A stretch of 64,000 nucleotides of DNA from Ginglymostoma cirratum. Its lineage: Eukaryota. Location: the NCBI GenBank assembly GCA_024137785.1, contig JAHRHZ010000062.1:36074808-36138807 (forward strand), written 5' to 3'. Positions 48,726 through 61,536 of this stretch are shown in pieces; within the stretch, counting starts at the first letter, position 1, and every line of letters begins with the position of its first letter. Both the position numbers and the translations under genes were made by a program. The notes beneath the pieces are model-generated. The model worked only from the letters and a program-made list of their open reading frames with translations. It was not told the DNA's origin and ran no database searches.

Positions 48726-51692
48726 GGCCTGGATTGTACCATTTGCACAGAAGTCCCGGTCTTGGGAGGAAATGACTGTCACCAGCACTGTCAGACAAGC
48801 AGCAGAACTTCAGAGCTTTATGGGCAGTAGCTAATTAGATTGCTTTCACAGTACTGCTTATGGGCCAGATGTACTCGTATTTCACCCTGAATCATACAAA
48901 GTTTGCCAATGTTGTATGGACATGACAGCTCACAACGCTGTATGAACTGCTGCACATGATGAAGATTATTGCTATCAGTCTCCTTAAGTGCAAGAAACTA
49001 CAGGACCTGATAAGTCTAATCACTTCTTGGTCTAACCAGAAGAGATTCTTGGAGTTAACATGATATACTTATTGCATGTTGACAACTAGTTACCGGTTAT
49101 ATTAATATGACCGTGTTAACGTTATTACAGAGCTTTGAAGGAGACCTGGATATTAGGACTTACTCCTTCAAGATCCTAAGCTGATCCTCCTACAAGTCCA
49201 TGTGAGATGATCAGAGTGGGTGACACTTATGGCATGCCTTTCAGACCCATGTACCAATGGCATGCATGTGCAACCAGCAATAAGAAAGCAAATGGAATGT
49301 TGGCCTTTATGGGGAATGGAGTATAAAACTCGAAATTTTTTTATGACTGTTCATGCTTTTTATTATTGAGGCCACATCCCGAGTACTGCAAGTAGGTTTT
49401 TTTTTATTGAAGGAGAGATATACTTGCATTGGAGGCAGTTCAGTGAAGGTTTACTTGGCTGATTCCTGCGATGAAGGGGTTGTCCTATGGAGAAAGGCTT
49501 AGTAGGTTGGACCTATACTCATTGAAGTTTAGAAAAATAAGAGGTGATCCTCTTGAAAACATTAAAATTTGGAGGGACTTTGATAGGGTTGATGTTGAAA
49601 GGATGTTTCCCTTTAGATTTTAGGGAAATCTAAAACCAGGGGATACCATTTCAGAATAAGGGGTCTAGCATTTAAGGTGGAGATGAAGAGGAATTTCTTC
49701 TGGCCCAAGGTTGTTAATTTTTGGAATTTTCTTCTACAGGGAGCAGGGGAAGCTGAGTTGTTGGCGTTTTGATCTCTGCTAGCAGGGCAGATATCTCTCT
49801 GTTCTCCACAGACAAAAGACATTTTAGTTCTGAAGAAAAACTAAAGAAGAAAACCAGTTCATCTTTCCTTCAGCAGTTGTAAGCTATGACTTTTAACTGA
49901 TAAGTCAGAGACCCGTTATCAGTGAACCAGCCGCCTTGTGTCTCTCGCAAACCAACAGAATTATCCAAAGAAAAATGACTCAAAAGCGACATTCTAACCA
50001 TCAAAAGAATCTGAACCACAGAACTACCTCCCAGTTTTCCTGCCCATAATTTATCTTTCCCTGTGTGTTTGTGTCTGTGTGTGTGTGAGAAAGAAAAAGA
50101 GCGAGAGAGAGAGAAAGAGAGATTGTATGTGTGTGTGTATTGAGGTGTATTAGTTCTAATTTGTTGTGTTATATTCAATACTTTATAACTACTAGCCTAT
50201 AGTTAGAGGCTAATTACTTGTACTATATCATAATTCTTGTTCATTAGCAAAACCTGGTTCTTGCTCTCTATCAAGTTGTGTCTGAAAATCATGTAAAATG
50301 GGGAATTTTGCATATTCATTTTAAAACCTTTAGCTTTTGTGATGACCCCAGGAATAGTGAGGTTTAATTTCTGGCTTGCTATCCCAGTGAGTCGTGACAA
50401 TGTCCACTGTGAACTGCTTCCCATGCTGCCTAGATGAAAAGTGCTTCTGCAAAATGTCTGGACCACACACATGGTTGGTGCAGCAAGTGTCAGTTTGTAG
50501 GGCAAAAACACAGTATCCACATTTGCTGGACATAATGACATTGTAATATCAGATACAGCCATTTCCAGAGTCATGCTAGTTGCAATCATTTCACTGCCCA
50601 CTTTCTATGAATGGACAGTGAAGGTGCTTAGAGATCAGATTCTGGTCAAAGGCAATTAACAACATGCCATTAGTGCTTGAAAATTAAACTTGGGCATCTC
50701 AGTGATGTTGAAGTTAGCACCGATGACATACAAAGGATCATTGCTGTCCAAAACAGAATCATTATTTGTGCAACCTTCAAGGGTCCTTTGTGTGCCACAC
50801 ACCATTGTTTCATTGGTTGCCATGTAAGTCTAATGGTGGTCTGGACTGAATATTGTGAGAAATTGATTTATTGATGTGGGGCAGGCAGGGTGTCAGACTG
50901 TTGTAGGCACTTCCATCATGAAGAATTGGGGAGTCATTCAGCCAGTATGGCACCGTCACCTCATCACATTGCTGTGGATTTCATCAATAGGGTTCCATTC
51001 GATTCATCTGTGAAGTGTATGCCCACTATCCTGGAAGATGCCACAACATCTACATCCTAGAGGACTTTCATGTACTTGGTGAATTTAAGAGTCTGGTTGC
51101 CTGCAGAACAGATACCCACTGTTGCTTATGACACTATTAGACAGTCCTGACTGATACAGAGTGCAGGTTTTATGTCACCCCTGCCTCAAACAGGTCTGTC
51201 GTAGAGGAGATAATTGGGCTGTTGAAGATGTGGTTCCATTGCTTGAACTGGGGGCCATCCAGTATAGTCTTAACAGACTGGTGGTCAATCTGTAATTAGG
51301 GTGAGAGAATGAGGTTTTGTGTGTGAGGGAGTGTTTGCCATGTCAACTATGTGCCATGGGTAGCATGGCTTCATAACTGCTGTGACAAGCTATAGGGATA
51401 ATGTTGGATTGCCAAGTATGGTCCAAGTTGCACTATGGCCTTTCAAAGGTGACACGTCTGCAATGGGTGTCAATCTCACAGTGATCCGGTGAGTGGTGAC
51501 TTGTTCTGGGTAGGGTGTGTGGTAAGATGGGGGTGAAATTGGATGTAAGGGACACAATCCGGGCAGGCTAGGTAATTAGTGAGGTGAGTTTGGTAAAATA
51601 TGGAAGAAATATTGCTAAGCTTCATGGTGGAAATCCTGCCAGAAAACACTATGCAACTTGGACTTAGTCAAAAAAAAAGTAAAATTCAGCCC
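48726..51692 (+). mobile_element. PIF/Harbinger transposon remnant with nested CR1 (~49270-49760) and LTR fragment
   Basis: Imperfect TIRs ggcctggattgtac / gtaaaattcagccc with ata and tta flanks; decayed transposase at ~50975-51270: FINR..FHSI, EVYAHYPGRCHNIYIL, SVVEEIIGLLKMWFHCL. Confidence 0.7.
49765..50399 (+). mobile_element. Probable LTR 3' fragment
   Basis: Non-coding block with (GT)n/(GA)n, ending ...gagtcgtgACA like a TG...CA LTR terminus; 5' end unclear. Confidence 0.4.
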
Positions 51693-52074
51693 TTAATTTA
51701 TTTTTCTGTTAAGGAAGGCCCTACATCATGGAATTCCAGTTTTAACATTGATTCCTGTTTCAAAGTACAATTTTCAGGATTGTAACTCTGGCTTTTCGTA
51801 AAAATGCCCTTTATTGCCGGAGCAGCTACAGTAGATGCCATATAGCAGGACACTTCTTGTTTCTTAAGTGGCTGCTACTCAGCATGTTTCTATGGCGTAA
51901 ATTCCAGACTTGATTTATTTTAATTGGTCACTCACTGAAAGAAATTAAGAATAAGCTGGTCGCATTTCATTGTTTAAAAGTAATGCTCAAATATTTTGTT
52001 AACAAAATTTGGTGGAAATTATTCATTTTAAAATTAAAATAAGCAGTCAGCCAATTTTTTGAAAGACTTTCCTT

Positions 52075-52410
52075 TTTTTTCCATTCATTCACAGGATGAG
52101 GGCATCGCTGGCCGGGCAGCATTTTGCCCATCCCTAGTTGCCCAGAGAGCATTTAAGGGCCAACCACATTGCTGTGGGTCTGGAGTTGCACTTAGGCAGA
52201 TTTCCTTCCCTAAAGGGCATTTGAGATCGAGATGGGTTTTTCCCCAAAAATTGACCATGGAATCATGATCATCATTAGACTCTTAGGTCCAGATATTTAT
52301 TGAATTCAAATTCTACTGTCTGCCATAGCAGGATTCGAATGTGAGTCTCTAGACCATTACCAAGGTCTCTCAGTTAACAGTCCAGCAATAATAAAGGCCA
52401 TTGTTTCCCC
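52075..52410 (-). mobile_element. SacSINE1-like SINE
   Basis: Reverse complement of the 36341 family (ttcattcacaggatgagggcatcgctggc...ccacattgctgtgggtctggag...ggattcgaa). Confidence 0.8.
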
Positions 52411-52623
52411 ATCTCAGTTTTACTATTTCAGCTTACACATCTACCAGGTTTCTTTGGATCTTCACAGAACTGACATAGTTGCATGAAGCATTTTAAGAAA
52501 AGTGCAAGCCAAAAATAAATATACATACCTAAACTATAAAACTGACAATTCTCGTCTTCATAAAATTTTTAAAAAAGCAATTGTAGCTATTGTGAAAATA
52601 GATATAATTGACAATTATTTCAC

Positions 52624-52734
52624 CTTTATAAAAACATCATCTCCTTCTGTGATGCTTATCTGCTGTCTGGACTGAGGTTCGTAATTGTGCCATTCCTCTT
52701 TGCTGGGCCGTTTGCGGTTAATAACTTTAAGGGG
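52624..52734 (-). CDS. ABCC8: ABCC8 exon 14 (111 nt), carries the RKR ER-retention motif
   Basis: PLKVINRKRPSKEEWHNYEPQSRQQISITEGDDVFIK; matches SUR1 PLRVVNRKRP; AG/GTGAAA ends. Confidence 0.93.
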
Positions 52735-53025
52735 CTGTGCAAGAGTGAGCGGAGAATGGAAGGGTAAGTGTTCATAGTATGAAACGTGCTAATTAAATAA
52801 TATAAACAAACACACACACATAGCTTGAATCCATATAAATACATTCTTAAAGATTGTGTATTACATAATGGATGCTGTTAATACAAGCGATTGATTGTGA
52901 TGGACTTTCAGTTACAGGGTTATCCTATTGCATGGTAAATTGTGAACATGCAGGAATGATGGAAACAGGCCAATAGCACTGAGGAGCTGGCTGGGTGCTT
53001 TGCAGAAGTGTTAATTTGTACTCAC

Positions 53026-53131
53026 TACAGTCTGGTACTTGCTATTATTTTCGCTGTTCAGCTGGACCACAACCCTGCTGTGATCCTCTCCAATTTCTTC
53101 ACTTGAGAAGAATTCGCTTAGTTTCTGCACA
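53026..53131 (-). CDS. ABCC8: ABCC8 exon 13 (106 nt)
   Basis: (S)VQKLSEFFSSEEIGEDHSRVVVQLNSENNSKYQTV; AG/GTGAGT ends. Confidence 0.95.
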
Positions 53132-53974
53132 CTGGAAGAAAAATACAGTGGCTTGCAACATAGGAACAGATGCTTGCAGTGTCAGGAGACAATGTGATCC
53201 CATTTATTTATCTGTGCATTGATAAATGTTAAAAACAGCGTAATCTGGTGTAGGAAATATTTCAAACATTAATACAATTGTTGCCCTGTTTTGTCTTGAA
53301 CACATCTTGTAGTAAAGCTCCACAGGCATTGACTGCATTCTATTATTTTATCAAATTGCATATTTTTGTTATATGTAGTGCATATTGATTGGTTGCTCAA
53401 CCAGTTGGGTTGAGTGAGGAGGTTTTCAGATAGGCCTAATCCAGTTTTAAATCTGGAGTACATTTCTTTTCTTTTAAAACAAAACACATTTTACATCCAT
53501 TCTGACATTTTTGTGTAACACTAACATGTGAAGGAAAATATATCAGTTCATGTATGTGTGTTTTTCAGCAGCATTCAATACAAACTGGTCCAAAGTATAA
53601 GCACACATCAACGTGTATTTCAGTAGCTGCGTATCAATTCAGTTGCCAGCCTGACTCAATAACTCCTTTAGATATTTCTCTCCACTCCCCAATGATGCTA
53701 TTTTATGTCTTACATAGAAATAAGTGGAAAAGTGACATTGAGATTGATCCAAATTATTTCTGCTCCAAATTGAATTGATTTTCACCAAATTGCTCTCCTT
53801 TGCCTAGTAAGAATGATGTTTTGGCGGTGTTAATACTGGGTCAATCTATTTATTAATTAGGTGTCCATTGTTGTCTGGCAGCATTTCTTCTTTTCTGCCT
53901 TTGAAGCCAGCCAAAAATCTTTGCTATAATCAGCTAGGAAAATACTTAAATGTAGAAGTTGTGGCTCAAACACA

Positions 53975-55093
53975 GTGATGGATATGAATATAGGAGGTAT
54001 GGTTAGTATGTTTGCAGATGACACCAATATAGGTGGTGTAGTGGATATTGAAGAAGGTAACCTCAGAGTACAACAGGACCTTGAACAGATGGCCAATGGA
54101 CTGAGGAGTGGCAAATGGAGTTTAATTTAGATAAATGTGATGCGTTGCATTTGGTAAGGCAAACCAGGGCAGGACTTATATAGTTAATGGTAGGGCCCTG
54201 GGGAGTGTTGTCAACAAAGAAACCTAGGGGTGCAAATGCATAGTTCCTTGAAACTGGAGTCGCAGGTAGACAGGGTAGTGAAAAAAGATGTTTGGCACGC
54301 TTGCCTGTATTAGTCAGTTCATTGAGTATAGATGCTGGAATGTCATGTTGTAGCTGTACAGGACACTGGTGAGGTCACTTTTAGAATACTGTGTACAATT
54401 TCGGTCGCTCTTTAATAGGAAAGATATTAAACTTGAGAGGGTTCAGAAAAGATTTACAAGGATTTTGCCAGGGTTGGTGGGTTTGAGCTATAGGGAGAGA
54501 ATTTCTACAGTGTGGAAACAGGCCCTTCGGCCCAAAAAGTCCACACTGGCCTTCCAAACTGCATCCCACCCAGACCCATCTCCCTACCCTTTCCCTCTAA
54601 TCCTCCATTTCTCATGGCTAACACACTTAATCAACACATCCCTGAACACTATCGGCAACTTAGCATGGCCAAATGACCTATTATTCTAAGCTGGGGCTTT
54701 CTTCCCTGGAGCATCGGAGGCTGTGAGGTGACCTAATAAAAGTTTCTAAAATCGTTAGGGGCACGGATAGGGTGAATAGCCAAGGTGTTTTTCTCAGGGT
54801 AGAGGAATCCAAAACTAAACGGCATAGATTTAAGTTGATAGGGGAAAAATTTTAAAGGGAGCTGAGGGACAACATTTTAATGCAGAGGGTGCTGCGTGTA
54901 GGGAATAAGCTGCAAGAGGAAGTGGTGGAGGCTCGTACAGTTACAACATTTAAAAGGCATCTGGGTACGTCAGCAGGAAGGGTTTGGAGGGATATGGGCC
55001 AAATGCTGGAAAATGGGACTAGATCTGTTTAGGATGGCATGGACGAGTTGGACCGAAGGATCTGTTACTATGCTGTATAACTCTATGACTCTA
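53975..55093 (+). mobile_element. CR1/HER1-type LINE 3' part with a nested antisense HE1 3' fragment (~54500-54680)
   Basis: ...FADDT-IGGVVD...LEYCVQF...ERVQKRFTR; tail tgctgtataactctatgactcta. Confidence 0.9.
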
Positions 55094-55904
55094 ATCAGAT
55101 GTGATTTTAACATTATGTTGGGAGAATCCTGATTTCTGTGGGACCTGAGATTTGAGGTATGCCACTATGGGCTGAATGACTAGATAGGGCCAAAGCCAAT
55201 TCTTTAAAAAGTTAAAAGTTGATAAAATCTTTGTGGTGCAGGATTAATGAGAGTGCCCCCTGCTCCAACCCCCAATAAATAAATCCCTAAAGTCCTTGGA
55301 CCTCCCAAAACCCAGCTTTGCCTTGGTTCCTGGTATTAATTTAATCTTTTAAAGCTTTTAGCAGAGCTAAGGTTATGCTGAAGACAGTTCCTTCGGGGTC
55401 CTAGCATCTTAAGGTTCTGGAGTCAATTTCTAGTTTCCCCCTTGCACCACCCGTCCTTGTCCTAAAGAAGACAATGATAAGAAAGAATATGTGAGATAAG
55501 GATATAACTGATTGCATTATAAAACCAATCTCGCATCCACTATTTAAGTAACAACTATCAGTCCGTGCTTGCAGATTCAATTAACTTTTTGCAGAGTCAA
55601 GCTGAACCTGAATGCCTTTATAAACAGTGGGTGTGACCTGATTCTTGATTCCTATTCACATTCCAAGCACCAGTGCTTTTCTAGTCGATATGGTTCTACA
55701 GAGCGTCAGTTTATATTGTCTGATGAGTTGGGAAATTTCCTGACTTGAGCTTCTTGCCTCGTTAGAGAAAATCTGGCTCTTTGTACTTCAGCCACCATAT
55801 AAAAGCACCTACTGCTCTTGTCGACGTCTCAGTTTTAGTTTCATGCATTATGACAGCATTCAGTGGATCAAAAGATCAAACATGCTCTTTGAACAGTATT
55901 TTAC

Positions 55905-56050
55905 CTCACTAAAGCTTTGACAGTAGAACGAACCACACTGGAGAGCAGGAAGAGGGGTGTGACCAGGATGTGGAAGAGGGAGAGTGAAGCGAAGGCAACT
56001 GCTGGCGAGAGATCTGCATTCTCATACAGGTGGGTGTGAACCACAAACGT
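55905..56050 (-). CDS. ABCC8: ABCC8 exon 12 (146 nt), end of TMD1
   Basis: [48 protein letters not shown](S); [13 protein letters not shown] is SUR1-type rather than SUR2-type; AG/GTAA ends. Confidence 0.97.
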
Positions 56051-56371
56051 CTTTTGGAAAATTAGAAAAATAATTGAAATCAGCCCTTTGCGGGCAAATA
56101 AAAATACATTTGAAGTCAAAATTAGATGTGCAAAGCAATCACACTCAAAGAACTGACCAATCAAAATTCAGTCAATCCTGGAATCAGTTTTAGGTTTAAA
56201 CACTTCACTGGGAGATTCTGATTCTATCTGTCCAAAGTAAACCAGGCAAATGGGCAGTAAAATACCTACTTTATTTACTTGGCAGAAGACTGCTGGCATC
56301 AACATGATGTTAATAAATATTTCTTTACAAGCAGCTAAATGGCCAAAGCCAACAGGTTCATAAATCATGGA

Positions 56372-58067
56372 GGTAAAGGTGTAGAGCTGGATGAACACAG
56401 CAGGCCAAGCAACATCAGAGGAGCAGAAAGGCTGACATTTCGGGTCTGGACCCTTCTTCAGAAATGGGGGAGGGGAAGGGGATTCTGAAATAAATAGGGA
56501 GAGAGGGGGAGGCGGATGGAAGATGGATAAAGGCGCAGATAGGTGGAAAGAAGACAGACAGGTCAAGGAGGCGGGGATGAGGCTGGTAGGTAGGAGGTGG
56601 GCGTGGGGCTTGAGGAGGGAGGAGTGGATAGGTGGGGGAAAGGACGGACAGGTTAGGGAGGTGGGGACGAACTGGGCTGGTTTTGGGATGTGGTCGGGGG
56701 TGGGGAGATTTTGAACCTTGTGAAGTCCACATTGATACCATTGGGCTGCAGGGTTCCCAAGCGAAATATGAGGTGTGGTTCCTGCAGCCTTCAGGTGGCA
56801 TCGCTGTGGCACTGCAGGAGGCCCAGGATGGACATGTTATCCAAGGAGTGGGAGGGAGAGTTGAAGTGGTTCGCGACTGAGAGGTGCAGTCGTTTTTCGT
56901 GAACTGAGCATAGGTGTTCCACAAAGCAGTCTCCAAGCTTCCACTTGGTTTCCCCGATGCAAAGGAGGCCACATCAGGAACAGCGGATACAGTATACCAC
57001 ATTAGCAGATGCGCAGGTGAACATCTGTTTGATGTGGAAGGTTTTCTTGAGGCCAGGGATGGGGGTGAGGGGGGAGGTGTAGGAGCAGGTGTAGCACTTC
57101 CTGCGGTTGCAGGGAAAAGTGCCGGGTGTGGTGGGGCTGCTGGGGAGTGTGGAGTGGACAAGGGAGTCATGGAGAGAGTGATCTCTCTGGAAGGCAGATA
57201 AGGGTGGGGGGTGGGGAAATGTCTTTGGTACGGGGTCAGATTGCAGATGGCGGAAATGCTGGAGGATGATGCGTTGGATCCGGAGGTTGGTGGGGTGGTA
57301 TGTGACGACGAGGGGGTTTCTGTTTTGGTTGTTATTGCGGGGAGAGGGTGTGAGGGATGAGTTGCAGGAAACGTGAGAGATGCTGTCGAGGGCGTTTTCG
57401 ACCACTGTGGAGGGGAAGTTGCAGTCCTTGAAAAACGAGGACATCTGGGATGTCCGGGAGTGGAATGCCTCATCTCGGGAGCAGATGCGGCGGAGGCGAA
57501 GGAGTTGGGAATAGGGGATGGCATTTTTGCAGGAAGGTGAGTGAGAGGAGGTGTATTCTAGGTAGCTGTGGGAGTTGGTAGGCTTGAAATGGATATCGGT
57601 TTCCAGGTGGTTGCCAGAGATGGAAACAGAGAGGTCCAGGAAGGAGAGAGAGGTATTGGAGATGGTCCAGGTGAACTTAAGGCTGGTGTGGAAAGTGTTA
57701 GTGAAGTGGATGAACTGCTCGAGCTCCTCGTGGGAGAACAACGCGGTGCTGATACAGTCATCGATGTAACGGAGGAAGAGGTGGGGTTTGGGGCCAGTGT
57801 AGCTTCGGAAGAGGGATTGTTCCACGTATCCTACAAAGAGGCAGGCATAGCTTGGGCACATGCAGGTACCCATGGCCACCCCCTTTGTCTGTAGCAAGTG
57901 AGAGGAATTGAAGGAGAAGTTGTTAAGGGTGAGGATGAGTTCAGCTAAGCGGATAAGAGTGTCAGTGGAGGGAGACTGGTCGGGCCTGTGGGACAGAAGG
58001 AAGCGGAGGGCCTTCAGGCCATCTGCGTGGGGAATGCAAGTGTATAGGGACTGGACGTCCATGGATC
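56372..58067 (-). mobile_element. Penelope-like retroelement, 5'-truncated (RT + GIY-YIG), 13-bp TSD
   Basis: ORF 56974..58077: MDVQSLYTCIPH...QTKGVAMG...SYACLF...RYIDD...FLD...; GIY-YIG region FTCASANVVYCIRCS*CGLLCIGET; TSD cataaatca(t/c)gga at 56359-56371 and 58068-58080. Confidence 0.93.
56432..56461 (-). ncRNA. Minimal hammerhead ribozyme motif in the Penelope 3' tail
   Basis: CTGAAGA-A-GGGTC-CA-GACCC-GAAA-T-GTC: both core boxes plus a perfect stem II. Confidence 0.65.
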
Positions 58068-59276
58068 CATAAATCACGGATGTTCATTAGGACCCAATAG
58101 CAGCACCTTGCTACGACACAGTCTTTCTAACTGAACGTGAAGTCCATCTGAAAGCTGAAAAAGTCCTTTGGGTAAAAACTTTCCGTTGCAGGGCTAGGAG
58201 CAACAGGATTCTTGACAATGCAAGAAATGTTTGGGTCTCTCTGGGCCTGAACACTTTTCCTGGAGACTGGCAACCACTTTCCACTCTTTCTGAGTTGGGT
58301 GTGGCCATTATTAAGCAGCATTTAAAAGTACAAAAATTGAAGGATGTCAATTTTAACTTTTGGGTTGCCAACCATCCCATACTAGCAAAAGAGTGTCTGA
58401 AACAATTTCAAGACCTGGCTTCATTTACAGTACTTGCTGGACCATAAAAGGCACTGTACCACGAGATATATTAAAATTTCAAAACAAAATACTTCAGAAA
58501 TATTTAGTGTAACATTCAGACTATAAGGCACAAGGCAATTTTAGGTGATTTTTTTCCAATAAAGAAAAGTATCTTATGTTCCAGACAATATGGTAAATGG
58601 CATGGATTTTTCGTCTAAACAGAGGTCACTGTGCAGCTTGTTTCTTACAGGTCGACACTACCTTGGACAGCCTGAAGGCTGCTTAGCTGGTAGCTGGGCA
58701 AGACCGCATGAAAGAAGCCCAGGTTATTTCCATAAGGTTCAAACAACCACTCCTGCCCAACAGAAATAATTAAAACATTCTGTTACATGGCCTTATCAGC
58801 AGTCTTTCCATAAAAAAGTTGGAGAGGGGATAGTGTAGGTCTGTAACCTGTTCAGGCCGAAGCACATTATTAGAGAATGGGCACATTTTCTAAAACAGCG
58901 ATCTTGCACAATCCTCCACAATACTGAGTACTGTGTGTTAATGTGGAGCAAGAGTAGGAGCACTGAGTGGAGGTCAGATTTATTTCCTGGTGGGGGAAGG
59001 GTAAATGGGAATGGACTAGTCTTATCCATTCTCATCATTCTCCAGAGGGATGTGCAGAGAGCTGTGTGTGCATCATGGGCTAGAGAATTAAGTAAAGGGA
59101 GTCACAGTCTCAGAACAAAGAATAGAAATCAATTACTTTGTAAGTTGGATCCTTTTTCCCCTCTGTGTAGTTTTGAATTCGTAACATATCGATCATTTCA
59201 ACTTATGTAATGCAAGGCTAATATTCATAAAATAAATATATACTGTGTCAGAGCAAATTAAATTCGGGCTACTTAC

Positions 59277-59317
59277 TGTGAGGACTGCTGCAATGGGTAT
59301 TGCTGCATTCATAAAAA
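59277..59317 (-). CDS. ABCC8: ABCC8/SUR1 exon equivalent to human exon 11 (41 nt)
   Basis: Encodes (I)FMNAAIPIAAVLT; AG at 59318-59319, GTAAGT donor at 59271-59276; same 41-nt size as the human exon. Confidence 0.93.
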
Positions 59318-59605
59318 CTACAAATAAAGAGAAAACCTTGTGAAGATACGAAGCTAAAGCAGCTCAGTTCTAACAATACAACAGACAATTTAAATGTATT
59401 TCATTCTGGAAACATGGCTTGAATTTTAAAGGACACAAGACCCAACATTAATAGATTAGTTGCAGTTTGGCCACCTACATTTGTGTTGCACTTTAATATA
59501 TGTTTGAATAACTATTTGTTTCCCCGTCAGCTTTGTCCATCCAGCCTCCATTGCATGTTAAAATAAAAAGGGACCACATGAAAAGAAACCTGTTGCAAGA
59601 TAACA

Positions 59606-59699
59606 AGGCGTGGGGCTGGATGAACACAGCAGGCCAAGCAGCATCAGAGGAGCAGGAAAGCTTGACGTTTCAGGCCTAGACCCTTCATCAGAAAAAAAA
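59606..59699 (-). mobile_element. ~95-bp Penelope-tail insertion starting with an intact hammerhead motif (59662-59691), 13-bp TSD
   Basis: TTT-CTGATGA-AGGGTCTAGGCCT-GAAA-C-GTC-AAG; TSD ttgcaagataaca at 59593-59605 and 59700-59712. Confidence 0.87.
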
Positions 59700-60319
59700 T
59701 TGCAAGATAACACTGAGATTGAAGTAAGGGATATTGCAACTTAATTAAAAAGTACAGCACTATCTTATTGGCAAAATTTTGAAAGAACAAACATAACTCC
59801 CCATAATGATACTTATGGTAAGTGGGGAGTCTTTTGTTTCACGTGAGGGCAGAGTGTAAATTCCCATTTTTTTTCTTGCAAGGAAGAGGGGTACAGCTTT
59901 ATGCTTTACTGGGTACAAAGCTGAAGAATATAGTGAACAAATTGTCTTCTTCATGAAGTACTACTTCGACAGTTCATTGTGTAATTAAAAGCTTGTTTTC
60001 TTAAATAATAATTTTTTTGGGGTACTATGCATCTGTGTAAGTTCTGAGCGTCACCTTCAGCTACATGCACATGAATTACGCCAGAAAACATATTGTGAAA
60101 GCTTTTAGTGACAACACAGTGATATTTGAGTGAAGTGTGCAGAACAGATCAATTAGCAAGCAACACTGATTCAATACCAGTGCTGCCACTTTGGGGTTCC
60201 ACACTCAAGCTGTATTGTATTATTGTCATTTTCTGTTCTCAACATAAATGGAAAAATTCCTCACTGTCAGATAGGCAATCTACGTTTCTTCATTTTCCTT
60301 CATCGACTTCTACACTCGC

Positions 60320-61416
60320 ACCTCTGAAGATAGGTTATTGATAAATATCCGCAATAAGCCTGCCAAACCTCCTCCCACACTTTTCCTGCAAGGACTTTAT
60401 TCTAATTTTCTAGTTTCCCTATCCTGTCAAATCTGTCCTAACAACACCACCTTCTATACAAGTACTTTAATACGTCTTCCATTTTCGTCAGTTGAAGATT
60501 TCGGTCCAGCATGTGACAGGACCTCCAACAGTGTCTATCTCATTTCCTCCACTTCTGCTCTTACCCTTTTTCCTGCCTGCCAACATCACACTAGGACTTG
60601 CTTTCTCCTCATCTTCCACTCACCTTCTCAATGGATCAGTTTTCATCTTTCCCTTTACCTCCAGCTTAATGCTAGCACTGAACACATCTTCACCTTTTCC
60701 TCTCTCACATTTGAGCATCTTAAGGGACCATTCTTTCTATAATACTTTGATCCATTCCTCAGTCACTCTAATACTCCCCCGTTGTGCTTTTATCTACAGC
60801 ACCTACCCATTCAAACACAGCAGGCACAACTCATTACCTGTTACCTCATCCCTTCAATTCATTGCTCACACGGTGGTTTCTTCTTAACCGACTAGATTCA
60901 TTCACATGAATGACCCTGATTTTTCAGGTCATCTATCATTTTAATTCTCCGTCCCACTCTCAACCCTGACTTCCCTGTCCTTGACTGCTCCACAACATTC
61001 ATTAAATTTGGATAAATTCAATAAATAAGGAGGGTATCAACAAAAAGTTCAATGCAAGTTTGACATCTCGTTTTGATATAGACACTTCCCTGCCTTCTCA
61101 ACACAACATTGAGTTCCACAAGTTCACTTCATGAACTCTGACCCCATTATTTTTGGACAACAGCTATTGATACTGTTTAGGCTTTACCTTATTTTGGAAA
61201 TCTCTTCTAGGCACTTTTTCCACCTTTACTTGTCCAAATATTATATGCTTTGGCCTTGCTCCCTTATCTCTTTTGACATCTAATCTCTCCTTTCTTCCAC
61301 ACTATCACAAACATTCACTTTGGTTCTTTTCTCCCTTTCCTGTTTATACTTCCTTAAGCTCCATTACATCTCTATGTATGCCTAATTCTGATGACATTTC
61401 TTCAATCTGAAATGCT
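60320..61416 (+). mobile_element. Old, decayed Penelope-like element (3' half)
   Basis: Collinear degenerate similarity to the reverse complement of 56400-57650; ends ttctgatgac...tctgaaatg (hammerhead remnant). Confidence 0.6.
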
Positions 61417-61536
61417 GGACTGGATATTTCTGAGTCAGTAGCTGTGAGAATGGAGTTGAAGGTGGGGTTTGGGGTGGAAGGGGTGGGATTGTTGGGCATT
61501 GTTCACAGAAAACAGGGGACGACATGGTTAATATGC

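Noticed and set aside
56415-57524. 369-aa Pro/Ser/Thr-rich ORF and overlapping ORFs
   Set aside because: Alternative frames of the C-rich Penelope element; no independent evidence of a gene.
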